Assembly (NCBI GenBank): GCA_000002445.1
Contig: CM000208.1
Span: 2,112,001 to 2,176,000, forward strand
Reading direction: 5' to 3'
DNA length: 64,000 nucleotides
Source of the DNA: Trypanosoma brucei
Lineage: Eukaryota
The notes under the pieces are model-generated. The model was not told the origin of the DNA, searched no databases, and saw only the letters and a list, made by a program, of their open reading frames with translations. Each line of letters opens with the position of its first letter. The stretch's first letter is position 1. The position numbers and the translations under genes are program-made. Of this stretch, positions 1-10,665 are shown one piece after another.

Positions 1-866
1 ACCTTTTTTTCCATCGTTGATGGTGTGTGTCTGTTCTTCCAAACAATGTTTTCCTCGGAACCACCACAACAGGTAGTTGAGCGCCCTGTTCTTAGAGGGC
101 GACGAGGGTACATTTTTGGTGGAAGACGTCCTGCTGACGATCATCCCCGCTCCAACGTGCACACGCTACCGAAAGAGTCGCTGACAGGCGGTTGCGCGAG
201 TGGATGAGGATAAGCGCCTACGCGTGGAACAATAAAAAATAAGGGGGTGAGAGTCATCATTATTCATGAAAGTCGCTTGGACTTACTTGAAGGTTGAAGG
301 TAAGGTGGAGCTTGCCTTTCCGCCAATATCCCCTTTGATGTTATTCAGGCGCCTATGAGTGAATAATGACTCGCCCACTACCACGCGTTTTCTTTTTGTA
401 GCGCATGTTACCCACCGAGCTGTTATTATTTTTATATGACTCTGTGGGCGGCAAACCGTTTGAGGACCCCCACAGATGAATTTAGGCAGCTCTTGTCTCG
501 GTATTTTTTTTCTTTTTTACCTGCAACACTGTCGCTTGGTGGTGCGTTTGCGCTGTGAGTTGGGTTATTAGGCAACATTTCCAGGAAATCGAATGAACAA
601 CAAAAACTGCGGTGGAAAAAAGGGGAAGGCATATAGTTTGAAAAAAAAAAAGACTAGCAGGAGCTGATGGATTTGAGAGGTGCAGAAGGGAAAGGAGAAG
701 CGAGCGTTTAGGGCCTTTACCCAGCTTTGAAGTGTACCCAGTCGTGTCGATTTGGCTTCTTTTCCCCAGCACCTTGTAAAAACAAAAAAATGTGCATTTT
801 GCGTGTACATGTTTATATTCATACTCATCTATTCATATCTCTATATCTCTATACCTCTCTATCTAT

Positions 867-913
867 CAATATATATATATATATATATATATATTGATAT
901 ATATATATATAAA
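867..913. repeat. (TA)n microsatellite
   Basis: An atatatat... run is directly visible, interrupted once by tga. Confidence 0.9.
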
Positions 914-1311
914 TGGAAACAGTTTGTCTCCTCCAGCTTACTCCGTGGGTGTGAAGGATGCGCCTCCCCCATCTTTTTTTTTCTCTTGAAGAACCCATGC
1001 GAAGGCACACATGAGCGGTTCCCCATTCCCCCTAATGGCGTGTGTACTTGTGAGTGTTTCACGTTTATGCACTGACTGGTGCGGGTGTAAAGAAATAGTA
1101 ATAATAAAAAAAGGCATACTGGACAAAAAAATAATAATGACACCTACAAACACAATCCACTTTCTTTTGCTGTTTATTACTCATTTTTTTGTCGGTTGCT
1201 TAGAACAGATTTCTGCTGCATCGGCTGGGGGATTTGGCGCGTGCAGTTGCGATTGAGAAAGCAAGGGATAAAAGCAACTTTTTTTTTTTTTTTAGATAAT
1301 CCAATTAGATT

Positions 1312-1809
1312 ATGGACGGAGATGATGGTTCGCGGATGGGGATGCCGCGACTCCCGCCGGAGTTGACGGACGCTCAGCGCGCCGACATTAAAGAGGTTTT
1401 TTCTATACTTGACGTCGACGGTACGGAAACCATCACGCCGAACGACCTCAAAGTCGCTCTTCGAGCACTTGGTTACGAACCACATAAAGACACAATCAAG
1501 CGGTTAGTTGCGGAGATGGACAGGAGTGGGGTGTCAAGTAATCTTATTCTTCCCGAATTTGAGGCGATTCTCCGGGCTAAGCTTTTTACCGATGACAAGG
1601 AGGAGGTAATGCTCACCTTTCCACACTTTACTCAAGGGAAGTCGGATTACATTACCCTCGAAGATTTAAAGCGTGTGACACAGGAACTTGGGGAGGATAT
1701 CCCGGAGGATGTTCTCAAGCGGATGATTGAAGAGGCGGACGTTTTGGACCACGACAATCGTGTGTCAAAAGAGGAGTTTGTTCGTATGCTTCTCACCCCT
1801 AAGAAGTAA
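1312..1809 (+). CDS. centrin-like EF-hand protein (caltractin family)
   Basis: This is a 165-aa ORF. Its N-terminal half aligns with the centrin consensus (LTDAQRADIKEVFSILDVDGTETITPNDLKVALRALGYEP versus [40 protein letters not shown]) and contains a canonical first EF loop, DVDGTETITPND. The C-terminal half (LEDLKRVTQELGEDIPEDVLKRMIEEADVLDHDNRVSKEEFVRML) matches the centrin C-lobe but its loops are degenerate. A pyrimidine-rich tract lies upstream. Confidence 0.85.
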   Translation: MDGDDGSRMGMPRLPPELTDAQRADIKEVFSILDVDGTETITPNDLKVALRALGYEPHKDTIKRLVAEMDRSGVSSNLILPEFEAILRAKLFTDDKEEVMLTFPHFTQGKSDYITLEDLKRVTQELGEDIPEDVLKRMIEEADVLDHDNRVSKEEFVRMLLTPKK

Positions 1810-1954
1810 CAGTCCTATGTGTTATATATATATATATATGTGAAAAATGCAAAGTGTTTGCGTGTGCAATTTTGTTAGAGTGACACGCTGTCTGTCATTA
1901 GCACCGTAGCCGTGGGTAAAACAAACCAACAAAGGCTTTGTATATTTAGGTGCA

Positions 1955-2035
1955 CCGGTAGCACACAAACACACAAACACACATACACACATACACACAC
2001 ATACATATATTTATATATTTATATGCATCTGCAAA
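1955..2035. repeat. imperfect (CA)n / (CACAAA)n / (CATA)n microsatellite
   Basis: Direct reading shows acacaaacacacaaacacacatacacacatacacacacatacatatat. Confidence 0.85.
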
Positions 2036-2610
2036 TATATGTGTTTAGGTATAGTGCCCGCTTGATTCTCTCCGTCGGTGTGTTGTGCCTTGCAGGGAGT
2101 GTATTATTTGTGGCGCCATTCCTGCTTTCTTCCTTTTCCCTCCCCCCTTTTTTCTGCTTCCAGAAATGAAATGAGTAAAAAAGCTTCTTCCCCCCTCTTT
2201 CCACCGTATTCATCTTCTGCCCACTTAATCCTTTGGTGTGTGCTGTACTTTTTTCTTTTTTTTTAAATTTTCTTCACCGTCACTTCTCTTTTCGTTTATG
2301 CCTCCGTGCACTGTTCTGTGTCCGTTGCGTGCGCGCGAGGTGATATAAGGAAGAAGGGGAAGAGAATTCAGGAGAATAACTGGGAACCTGTGCAACGAAC
2401 GCGAAGTTGCGAACCGGGGAGGGACTAAAAGGAGCAATTAAAAAAAAAAAAAGTAAAGAAGTAAAAGAAAAAAAAGAAAAAAGAGGAAAATCAAAATAAC
2501 AGTAAGATCACGCCAAAAAGGCAAAAGGTACATATAATTTGAATTCATTCAGACGAACGAAGATAAAAAAGGAGGGGACAAGCGCAACGTGAGACAGAAG
2601 GGACGTAGAA

Positions 2611-4278
2611 ATGACGGATGATGTCTTGAGACAACAGTTAGAAAAGGTTCGCAAAGCTTTTGAAGCTCAAGACTACCAAACGTGCGAGACCCTCCTTCAA
2701 AAGATGCCAAAGGACGATCTTCAGGTTCAGCACAACTTAGCCATCGTCCGGCTACTGTTGAACCATGCGGATGTGGAGCAAACCATCGCTGCACTAGGCG
2801 ACACATCGAGCGATGCCTTTTCCTCAACAAATGATAAAGATACGAAACCCAATGTAACGCTACTCTATGAGGGACACGAAACTGCCCACTTTAATCGCGC
2901 GCTGCTGCTGGCACGCTCCGGGCTGGTTCACGAGGCTGCCGTTATCCTTCGTGCATTGCTTGCTATGCACACCAGTATTTCCGTAGCCGTGCTTGCGAGG
3001 GTTTTGTCGCTCCTGCAGGCGATCACGCGAATGCCCCCCGGCTCCAGACATCGCCAGCGGTCCGATGACGAGTTGATTCAGCAGGTTCTTTCCGAGAAGC
3101 TCAATGCCTTTAATGAAGACCCCGCATTGTCGCTCATGGTGAAGGCCGCATTCAGTGATATGGGTAATATTCATGAGCTACCACATGCCACTGATGGAGA
3201 GGGGGCCGCCCATTTCAACAACCTTGGTGTGCTTGCAATGGGTGATTCCAAACTAAATGTGGCGTCTCTTTGCTTCGCAAAGGCTGAGAAAGCAGCTCAG
3301 CAGTGTAATTCCCTGTTGGTGCGGCAGCCCATCGTGTACAATGCTGGCCTCTGTGCACTTTTTCGAGGGGAGTATGACAGTGCCATTACGTGCTTTCTGT
3401 CAGTGCAGGAGCTCATGAAAAGTTCTCCACTCTTTTGGGTTCGCTTTGCGGAGGCTTCAATCGGTAAGTTGCACGCACAGAAGCGTGTGAGATCGCGGGA
3501 GGAGTATGAGCGCATGCAAGATTGCTTTTCGGAGCAGTTGCATAACGGGAAGTTATTGCCCAACTACGAGTTCCTTACTCTTCCGTGGGCGGTGATTACG
3601 CAGAGTCCACTTGTTGATCTGAAGGACAATTCTGTTGGAACTGCATTAGAGGCGCTGGCATCTTGCGCGATACAGAACGCGTTGGCACTTCTTCTACCAC
3701 AAAACCACACCACTATTAGTGCAACTGATGCTTTCCCTCACAATGCACAGCTCATCCACTTTGCGCTCTTCTACTGGTGCGCTTTGGAGATTGTCCGGAA
3801 GAACTATACTGTAGTTGTGAATGTGGGATCAGACCTTCTTCTTCTGCACGACCGCCGCCCTCTCTCACCGAATCTTCACACAGCTCTTCTTTCGTACATG
3901 GTGGAGGCGTTAGTGCACCTCAACGAGCCGGACCGGGCCCTAAAGGTCCTCCGCCGTTCTTCGCTATCCAGCCTCGTGGCAGGTTCCCCACCAGAGCAAT
4001 TGGATGCCTACCAGCAGGGTCGCGTAGAGGTGCTGTTCATTAACCTCGCCATAACTCACATTGTGAACGGCTCATGGAGTCAGGCAACTTCTGTTGTAGA
4101 TTCGTTACTGTCGAAATTATACGAAACGCGTGCGGCGAAGGAAAAGGATGAGAGCTCCAGCGGTAATAATCAGGATGCGGTTTTGGCGTACCATTTGTTA
4201 GTCATATTCCTTGAATTGGCGCAAGGTAACCAGGAGAAGGCTCAAGAGGCGCTTCAGCGGCTTTCATGGTGCGCATGA
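2611..4278 (+). CDS. conserved hypothetical alpha-helical protein with TPR-like repeats
   Basis: This is a 555-aa ORF with coding-like composition. It has TPR-like helical-hairpin segments (HFNNLGVLAMGDSKLNVASLCFAKAEKAAQ, VYNAGLCALFRGEYDSAITCFLSVQE, TALLSYMVEALVHLNEPDRALKVL). No catalytic motif was recognised. A purine-rich then pyrimidine-rich intergenic region lies upstream (2440-2600). Confidence 0.6.
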   Translation: MTDDVLRQQLEKVRKAFEAQDYQTCETLLQKMPKDDLQVQHNLAIVRLLLNHADVEQTIAALGDTSSDAFSSTNDKDTKPNVTLLYEGHETAHFNRALLLARSGLVHEAAVILRALLAMHTSISVAVLARVLSLLQAITRMPPGSRHRQRSDDELIQQVLSEKLNAFNEDPALSLMVKAAFSDMGNIHELPHATDGEGAAHFNNLGVLAMGDSKLNVASLCFAKAEKAAQQCNSLLVRQPIVYNAGLCALFRGEYDSAITCFLSVQELMKSSPLFWVRFAEASIGKLHAQKRVRSREEYERMQDCFSEQLHNGKLLPNYEFLTLPWAVITQSPLVDLKDNSVGTALEALASCAIQNALALLLPQNHTTISATDAFPHNAQLIHFALFYWCALEIVRKNYTVVVNVGSDLLLLHDRRPLSPNLHTALLSYMVEALVHLNEPDRALKVLRRSSLSSLVAGSPPEQLDAYQQGRVEVLFINLAITHIVNGSWSQATSVVDSLLSKLYETRAAKEKDESSSGNNQDAVLAYHLLVIFLELAQGNQEKAQEALQRLSWCA

Positions 4279-4411
4279 AGTTGTTTATGTGGGGTCCTTC
4301 CGGCCACATGGAGTGCATTTTGTTTTCACGTGAGTGGGTGTGCAAGTCCCGCAAAGGGAGGCGCAATTAGTTCCTATCGGCTAACATCTTCCTTTAAGGT
4401 AGATTATGCCG

Positions 4412-4442
4412 GTGTGTGTATGTGTGTGTATGTGTGTGTGTA
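4412..4442. repeat. (GT)n microsatellite, imperfect
   Basis: Direct reading shows gtgtgtgtatgtgtgtgtatgtgtgtgtgt. Confidence 0.9.
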
Positions 4443-5204
4443 TTGACTGGGGAAGGGGTATTGAAAAAGTAAATCAAAGGGATTCAGACAGATATGCTCC
4501 AAGTAAGTAAGACGAGGGAAGGGCCAAAGAATAACAAAACAAAGGGAGAGGTAACCCATGCAACTGTTATTATTGTTGTTAATTTTTTCTTTGCGAATGA
4601 AACGAAATCACACAAGTAATGCAAAAAGGGCCTCAACAAGTTCTTTAGCATTCAAAGGAGCAACGGAGGAATGATCAAGGAGGAGAGAAAGGAAGAATTA
4701 AGAGTGAGTGTGGTTGAGGGAAAAGAATTGTTCACGAAGGAAAAGCACACACGTTTAAGCCAACGGCGCAATGCGAAACACTTCTTTTTTTTTTTCTCTT
4801 CTATACATGTGTGCGCTTGTGCTTCGTGTTGTAGCTGATTCGGAGCGCACAAAGAGGGATATCGCAATGATATATGGCGGACGTGCGTGTCGCTACAATT
4901 GCGCTTTGCAACTCCCTATTATTTCCCACTGCAGAAGAGAAGTAAAAAGAAAATAACATCTCGTCACCTTGTGTTTACCTGAAAAGGAGGGCACCTTGCT
5001 TGCCCCTTTCAACCGCCTCTGTGGATGTTGGACAAATTTGGGTGGTGCATAACAGTAGCAAAGTGATTACTAAGCGGGTGACGACATGTGATGAGGTTGA
5101 CCCGGCAGGCTCTTGGGTGTTACTGTGGAAACGGATAATGTCTTGGGGTTCATTTCTCTTCATTTCTTTCTGTGACAGGTGGTGCGTGCGCGTGTATGTT
5201 TGAA

Positions 5205-5275
5205 GCTGGTGTGAGTGTGAGTGTGAGTGTTTGTGTATATGTGTGTTTATGTGTGTGCGTATATCGTAGTTACAT
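5205..5275. repeat. GT-rich (GTGAGT)n-like simple repeat
   Basis: Direct reading shows gtgtgagtgtgagtgtgagtgtttgtgtatatgtgtgtttatgtgtgtgcg. Confidence 0.8.
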
Positions 5276-5422
5276 CTCATGGACTGGGGCATCTTTTGTG
5301 GCAAACGCTTCGCAGCCCCCAGCCAAATTCGTCGTTCTTCTTGTTTCTCATGTGCCTTCTTTGTCTTCCTTGTCAATTGCCTTGGTTGGTTTGCACGGTT
5401 GATCCAAGTAAGTAATGTAACC

Positions 5423-5452
5423 TGTTTCTGTTTCTGTTTCTGTTTCTGTGTC
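5423..5452. repeat. (CTGTTT)n hexanucleotide repeat (about 4.5 units)
   Basis: Direct reading shows ctgtttctgtttctgtttctgtttctgtgtc. Confidence 0.9.
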
Positions 5453-5454
5453 TC

Positions 5455-5535
5455 CCTTCCCCCCATCGGTTTTCCATTTTTCATTCTTTATCTATTTGTG
5501 CTGCTAGTGTTTTATTTCATTGCTTTCCCATCACC
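5455..5535 (+). promoter_or_regulatory. polypyrimidine tract followed by an AG dinucleotide: candidate trans-splice acceptor region for the ABC1 kinase gene
   Basis: The sequence cccttccccccatcggttttccatttttcattctttatctatttgtgctgc... is C/T-rich and is followed by AGs before ATG 5693. This is the arrangement expected for kinetoplastid SL trans-splicing. Confidence 0.5.
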
Positions 5536-5692
5536 CACTCTGCATCTATTAGTATCGTCACTGGATAGGTGGGGCGCTGTTGTTTCTCTGGAAAACGAGA
5601 GTATCTTACTAGGCACAGTGCTGGGCGTATTGGAGATTAGCATTTAGTCTTCATTCCTGACTTCTCTTTTCCCTCCTGTTGCAGGCAAAATA

Positions 5693-7282
5693 ATGCTTCG
5701 CCGCATTTGGAGTCACAAAGTTCTCACTACCTTCGTTACATTGCCCGTTGCCTCGGTAGGAGGAATCGCCATTTACGTGGAATACCGCCAGAGAACTCGG
5801 CCAGTTCTTCCAGTTTTTGCACCGGTGGTGGATGGCAATGGCTCGCTATTGTTGGATGGCAAAGCCGTCCCCAAACCTAGCCGGTGGGTGGTGGCGCGAC
5901 GCGTCGTCGAACTTTTCCTAATTTTCTTTCCCGTTGCCGTCTTGTATGTGGTGATGAGGCTTCGCCGTGACTGGTATCTTCTCTGGTTGCAGCTGCTTTT
6001 ACGGGCTGTAGAGCGCGCTGGACCCGCCTTCGTGAAAGCTGGCCAGTGGAGTTGCACCCGGCAGGATGTCTTTTCACCAGAGTTTCGTTCTGTGTTCAAG
6101 AAGTTATACGACGAGGTGGACACACACCCATATGAGGTATCACTTCAGATTCTTAGGGAAGAGTTGCAACAGGACCCAGCCGAAATATTTAGCACGATTG
6201 AGGAGAAGACTGTTGGTTCCGGTTCCATTGGGCAAGTCCATAGTGCGACGCTGCGCCACACAGGAGAGCATGTCGTTGTAAAGGTGATGCACCCAAATGT
6301 GGTTGAGACTATCGTGAAGGACTTCTGCATAATCAATACCTTAGCCTCTTTCCTTCACCATCGTGTCCCAGCACTTGAAAAATATGATCTGCCGGCGCTG
6401 GCAATCGCATGGACTACCCACCTTGCGGCTCAGTTAGACTTCCGACTGGAGGCAAGGAATTTAACTTTATTCCGGAAGAACTTTAGGAATGAACCATATG
6501 TTCGGTTTCCCAAACCACTGTTGTCGACGCAGCGTGTACTTGTGGAAACGTTTTGCAAGGGTGAACCGGCCTCCGTTGAGTTTCTGGCCGCTCAGGAGGA
6601 ACATGCGCGCGACAAGATCGCAAATATGGGTTTAAACACGTGGTGCAAGATGTTACTGCACGACAAATTCCTTCATGGTGACATGCACCCCGGTAATGTT
6701 ATTATTGACGCCTCCGACCCCCATGAACCGTGTGTATGGCTCATAGATGCGGGTTTGTGCCAACAGATCAGTGAAGATGAGGGTGTGATCACTCACAACC
6801 TCATGGAAGCTTTTGTTCACTGGAAAGCAGACCTTTGTTGCGATGCCCTGTTAAGCATGGGCAAGCGCCAAAAGTATGCCGACGAGAATAAATTTAGGAG
6901 CGATATGAACTGGCTCTTTAATCACTGGCGCCCTCTCCACTCTAAGGATGCTGTTGTGACGAACATCCTTCAGGCCATATTTGAGTGTGTTCGGGTAAAT
7001 CAAGTTCACATGGATCCGCCGTATGTGTCTTTGTTATTTGCAGTTCTTGTGCTGGAGTCCTTCATTATGAACCTCAACCCGGAGTTTAATATGGTACGGC
7101 ACGCGGCGCCGTGGTTGGTTGCTGACGGACACTTGACCCGCGGTCTGATGAAAAACATTGTAATGACACGTCTGGATTTAATTAAACGTGAGATGGGAGT
7201 TTTGCGTGGCCGCCTTAGGGACGGTGCGCATAATGACTTGGCGAAAAATGAAAACGTTCACTTAAATGCGAATGCATGGTAG
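5693..7282 (+). CDS. ABC1/ADCK (UbiB/Coq8-type) atypical protein kinase, probably mitochondrial
   Basis: This is a 529-aa ORF. ABC1-family signatures are present: AFVKAGQWSCTRQDVFSPEF, the Gly-rich loop VGSGSIGQVHSATL, the Lys motif VVVKVMHPNV, LDFRLEARNL, the catalytic FLHGDMHPGNVIID and WLIDAGL. The N-terminus MLRRIWSHKVL resembles a kinetoplastid mitochondrial presequence. A polypyrimidine tract at 5455-5535 is followed by AG. Confidence 0.9.
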   Translation: MLRRIWSHKVLTTFVTLPVASVGGIAIYVEYRQRTRPVLPVFAPVVDGNGSLLLDGKAVPKPSRWVVARRVVELFLIFFPVAVLYVVMRLRRDWYLLWLQLLLRAVERAGPAFVKAGQWSCTRQDVFSPEFRSVFKKLYDEVDTHPYEVSLQILREELQQDPAEIFSTIEEKTVGSGSIGQVHSATLRHTGEHVVVKVMHPNVVETIVKDFCIINTLASFLHHRVPALEKYDLPALAIAWTTHLAAQLDFRLEARNLTLFRKNFRNEPYVRFPKPLLSTQRVLVETFCKGEPASVEFLAAQEEHARDKIANMGLNTWCKMLLHDKFLHGDMHPGNVIIDASDPHEPCVWLIDAGLCQQISEDEGVITHNLMEAFVHWKADLCCDALLSMGKRQKYADENKFRSDMNWLFNHWRPLHSKDAVVTNILQAIFECVRVNQVHMDPPYVSLLFAVLVLESFIMNLNPEFNMVRHAAPWLVADGHLTRGLMKNIVMTRLDLIKREMGVLRGRLRDGAHNDLAKNENVHLNANAW

Positions 7283-7514
7283 TGGGTTTAACTGCTGCTG
7301 AGGTCCCCCCCTTTTTTTATTATTTCGTTTCAAACACATTAAACGCACGCATACCCGTGCCGTCTCACTACCGTTTTGTTTTCCCCTCCCCCTACTAGCG
7401 GTCTTTTTTATTTCATCCACACACGTGCTCTGATTGTAAACATTTCTGAGAAGCGTAAAAAGGTTGGGAACGTATTAAATGTTGTACGGTCTCTTTGTGT
7501 GTTTGTGTTTATGT

Positions 7515-7516
<2 letters not shown>

Positions 7517-7561
<45 letters not shown>
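7517..7561. repeat. (GT)22 microsatellite
   Basis: This is a perfect gt dinucleotide run of about 44 nt. Confidence 0.95.
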
Positions 7562-7562
<1 letters not shown>

Positions 7563-8303
7563 ACAAATGAAATAAACGAGATGTTTTTTGTTTTTGTTTT
7601 TTAGGCTGCAGCACCGTAGTCCCTGCTGGTGGTTGCATTTGGTTCTGCGACAGGAAGCTTAAGGGGGGCGGTGCCGACGTGCTTTTCTTCTTTTTTTTGT
7701 TGTTGTTACCTCATCTTTCAATGTGTTGCCGTATTTGTGTAGTGCGTAGATTTTACACCGTGCAGAGGTCTTTATGTGTGCATTTCAGCGCCGCATGTCT
7801 GCCCCATGCGCGTGGAGAACATCCGCTAGGGATAATAAATCATACATTACATCACGTCGATGCCGCGTTCCCTTCTGCATACGGTCATGTCTCGCCATTT
7901 CTTTGTATTAGTTGTCCTACCCATATCTTCATATCTGCGGTCTCGTGCTTTTTGCAGCATATTTACTTGCGTCCATGTGTATGGCTGCGTGAGCTTCGAC
8001 TCGTGTCATGTTCCATGCTTGCTGTGATTTGGTACGCTCCATTTTGTCATTCCTATCTTTCTATTTTTCTATTTTTCTATTTTTACTTTTAACTTTTTAA
8101 CTTGTGCAGTTTTTTTTTGTTTCTGTTCTTCCTTCTTCTTTCTTTTTTTTTTCTTAATCTTCCATGTCCGTTCGCATCAGTTTTGGAGGTGAGAAAGCAG
8201 GGCCGTTGGTGGGACAAATATTTTCACCACTAGCTGGGCGTGGGGAATGGGCAACACGGGTGCTTGTTACTCTTGTGTGTAATTGTACGTATATATTATG
8301 TGG

Positions 8304-8321
8304 TATATATATATATATATA
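8304..8321. repeat. (TA)n microsatellite
   Basis: Direct reading shows tatatatatatatatata. Confidence 0.85.
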
Positions 8322-9169
8322 CGTGCATATGACCTTCGTCAGTTTATCGCTTCCGGCTTCCCCCACCGGCACGTTTTGTATGTTATATTTTCACCCATGC
8401 TTGTTTTTATTTAATTTTTTTTTTTAAAAGAGAAGAAAAACAATGTTTTTGTCGGTTCTTGTTGGCGAATGTTGTTTGTTTCCGGACGCAATGGTTTGCG
8501 GGATGTGGGATGTGGATATGGAGGAGAAGTGTCGATGTTTCTTTTCTTTTTTTTATTTGTTTGTTCAAGGTTTCTGGAAGAATTTTAATGCGCATATGCA
8601 CAGGAGGTTTCAGCAGCTGGGAACTGTGATAACATAAAGAAAGGAGAAGCACTTGAAGTTATCGGAGAATCGGCACGTGTTGTGAGAGTTTTTCTTTTTT
8701 TTTTTTTTTGTATTGACGTGTAAGGGACTTTGGGGCGTTGATCGCTGTGAGGGGAGGAAAATGTGGGGAAAGATGAGAGGAAGTTTTAAAGGAAAATTTG
8801 GGATCATATTCTTACAAGACTTCTTTGGTGGCGAAGTTACGTTTAGTTTTTCGTGTCGGTATCGCCGTTTCGGGAGGTGGTCGCACCACTTCAACGTTTC
8901 ACAATTAAATTCCATTACAACATTCGTATATTTCAACCTTTACACTGTTTCGTGCCGATAATGTTTTAATGTTTAAAAAAAAAATTAAGGTATCTGATCT
9001 TTTGTATGCAGTTAGGCCCATCAAATTGCGCCACTGAGCATTATATCGCGACTTCGTGTGCACTTTTGGCACTTCTCTCCTTTCCCTTTTTTAAAAATAT
9101 CTCTTTGCTTTCATGTACAATTGCTTCCCCGCCCTCGATTACTATTAACCCACCTCCTGCTTCTTATAA

Positions 9170-9240
9170 TGTTTTCTTTTTTTTTTTTTTGCTTCTTTTC
9201 ACCGTTTGCTCACCTTACAATTTATCTTCATCAGCTGCGT
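9170..9240 (+). promoter_or_regulatory. polypyrimidine tract with AG: candidate trans-splice acceptor region for the first TBC gene
   Basis: The sequence ttttctttttttttttttgcttcttttcaccgtttgctcaccttacaatttatcttcatcAGctg lies 30 nt upstream of ATG 9267. Confidence 0.5.
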
Positions 9241-9266
9241 GGCGTTGATTCCGCCCACCTCCTTTA

Positions 9267-10289
9267 ATGGTGGGGTCGAGGACCATCCCGACATCCACGT
9301 TGGGGCGAAACCTGCGGGAAACGGAGGGGGCTGAAACCGACCGATTCGGTTTTTTTATAAGCTCAGAAGAAAAGGCCATGGAGGAGGAATTCCTTCGTGT
9401 CCACCCCGAGAAGTTGAGTGTACGAGAGCGGTGGTCGAAAGCGTTGCTGCGGTGGGATGGTTGCGCTCATATGAAAAAGAAAAAGTTATGTCGAGTCGGT
9501 GTTCCGCAGTCACAAAGAAAAACAGTGTGGCCACTGCTTCTGATGACATATGGTTGGCAACTTGAGAAATACGGGGATTATCATCTTCTTATGAGCCAGC
9601 AGCCGCGCGATGCAGCAATGTTTGAAATAATCGAGCGTGACCTTGGAAGGACATTTCCAACCCATAGATTGTTTAATAAACCGGGTAGCACAGGGCAAAT
9701 GGGGTTGCGTAGTATTCTTCGCGCCTATGCTAATCTCAACCCGGAGACGGGGTATGTTCAAGGAATGGGCTTTCTCGTAGGAACACTTCTTATCCAAATT
9801 GGGGATGAAGAGAGCACATTCAGTGCATTTGTTTCGATTATGGAGAACCCAAGATACTCCATGGCCAAGTTATATGCTCCTGGATTCCCCCTTCTCTTTG
9901 TTCGCTTACATCAACTGCAGAAACTGTTGGGGCGCCATTGCAAGAAATTGCTCAAACGGCTCATGGAGTATGGCATTGAGTTGTCTACCTTTGCAGCCAA
10001 CTGGTACCTGACATTGTTTGCATACCACTTCAACTTTGGTTTACTCTCCCGTATTTGGGATATGTTCCTTTGTGAGGGGTGGAAGATCATTCATCGTGTG
10101 GCGATTGCTCTTCTATTGCTGCACAAAAGCGCTCTCGATCGCGCGAGGGATGGTGCAGAGTTACTGATTGCACTGAACACCGCTCATGAAGGAAAGGATG
10201 AGGTGGAGGTCATCCGTAAGGCCCTAAGTGTGAAGTTTAAGACGGCTGATTTAGTCCGGTGGGAGAGGAAGTTTTGTCAACAGCTCTAA
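9267..10289 (+). CDS. TBC-domain Rab GTPase-activating protein
   Basis: This is a 340-aa ORF consisting essentially of one TBC domain. The arginine-finger motif IERDLGRTFP and the glutamine-finger motif GYVQGMGF are present. The C-terminal TBC helices read ANWYLTLFAYHFNFGLLSRIWDMFLCEGWKIIHRVAIALL. Confidence 0.85.
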   Translation: MVGSRTIPTSTLGRNLRETEGAETDRFGFFISSEEKAMEEEFLRVHPEKLSVRERWSKALLRWDGCAHMKKKKLCRVGVPQSQRKTVWPLLLMTYGWQLEKYGDYHLLMSQQPRDAAMFEIIERDLGRTFPTHRLFNKPGSTGQMGLRSILRAYANLNPETGYVQGMGFLVGTLLIQIGDEESTFSAFVSIMENPRYSMAKLYAPGFPLLFVRLHQLQKLLGRHCKKLLKRLMEYGIELSTFAANWYLTLFAYHFNFGLLSRIWDMFLCEGWKIIHRVAIALLLLHKSALDRARDGAELLIALNTAHEGKDEVEVIRKALSVKFKTADLVRWERKFCQQL

Positions 10290-10665
10290 AATGAAGGATA
10301 GCGTGGTGGTGAAACAAATTTTGTATCTGATCAGCACACTCGGAAGGACAACGTCTATTTTATCACCGCATCTTGCCAAGCATGATTACAACGTTTTTCA
10401 AGTTTTCCCTACTAGCCGTTATGCAATGTGTGCTGGTGTATTTCATGTTTGCAGGGAGTCATGCTTGTGTTGGAAAGTTCTCATTTTTGTAGGGCTACGA
10501 GGCGTCCATACGGTGCAAGGCTGCCAAGTATTCGGCATGTCAAAACATATCAACTCCCAAGTAAGTTGCAGCAGTAAAGAGGTGTGTGAAATAGAGGGGT
10601 AAACACACTCCAGTTAATGAAGGCTCGTCACTTGTTGGTGCCGGTGCAGGTACTCGCCGCTGGCC

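Noticed and set aside
25-207. 60-aa plus-strand ORF at the window start
   Set aside because: It is short with no motif. It could be the tail of an upstream gene's UTR. It cannot be supported.
2611-4278. Assignment of the TPR-like protein to a specific complex (for example CCR4-NOT subunit NOT10)
   Set aside because: Only generic TPR-like hairpins are visible. No diagnostic motif is present, so a specific name would be a guess.
4975-5484. 169-aa minus-strand ORF with a KQKQKQKQ tract
   Set aside because: The KQ repeat is the reverse-complement translation of the (CTGTTT)n microsatellite. The rest is low-complexity intergenic sequence.
7679-8092. 137-aa plus-strand ORF (MLFFFFLLLLPHLSMCC...)
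   Set aside because: It is a Phe/Leu/Cys-rich translation of C/T-rich intergenic DNA with no domain. It sits in a region that looks like UTR or spacer.
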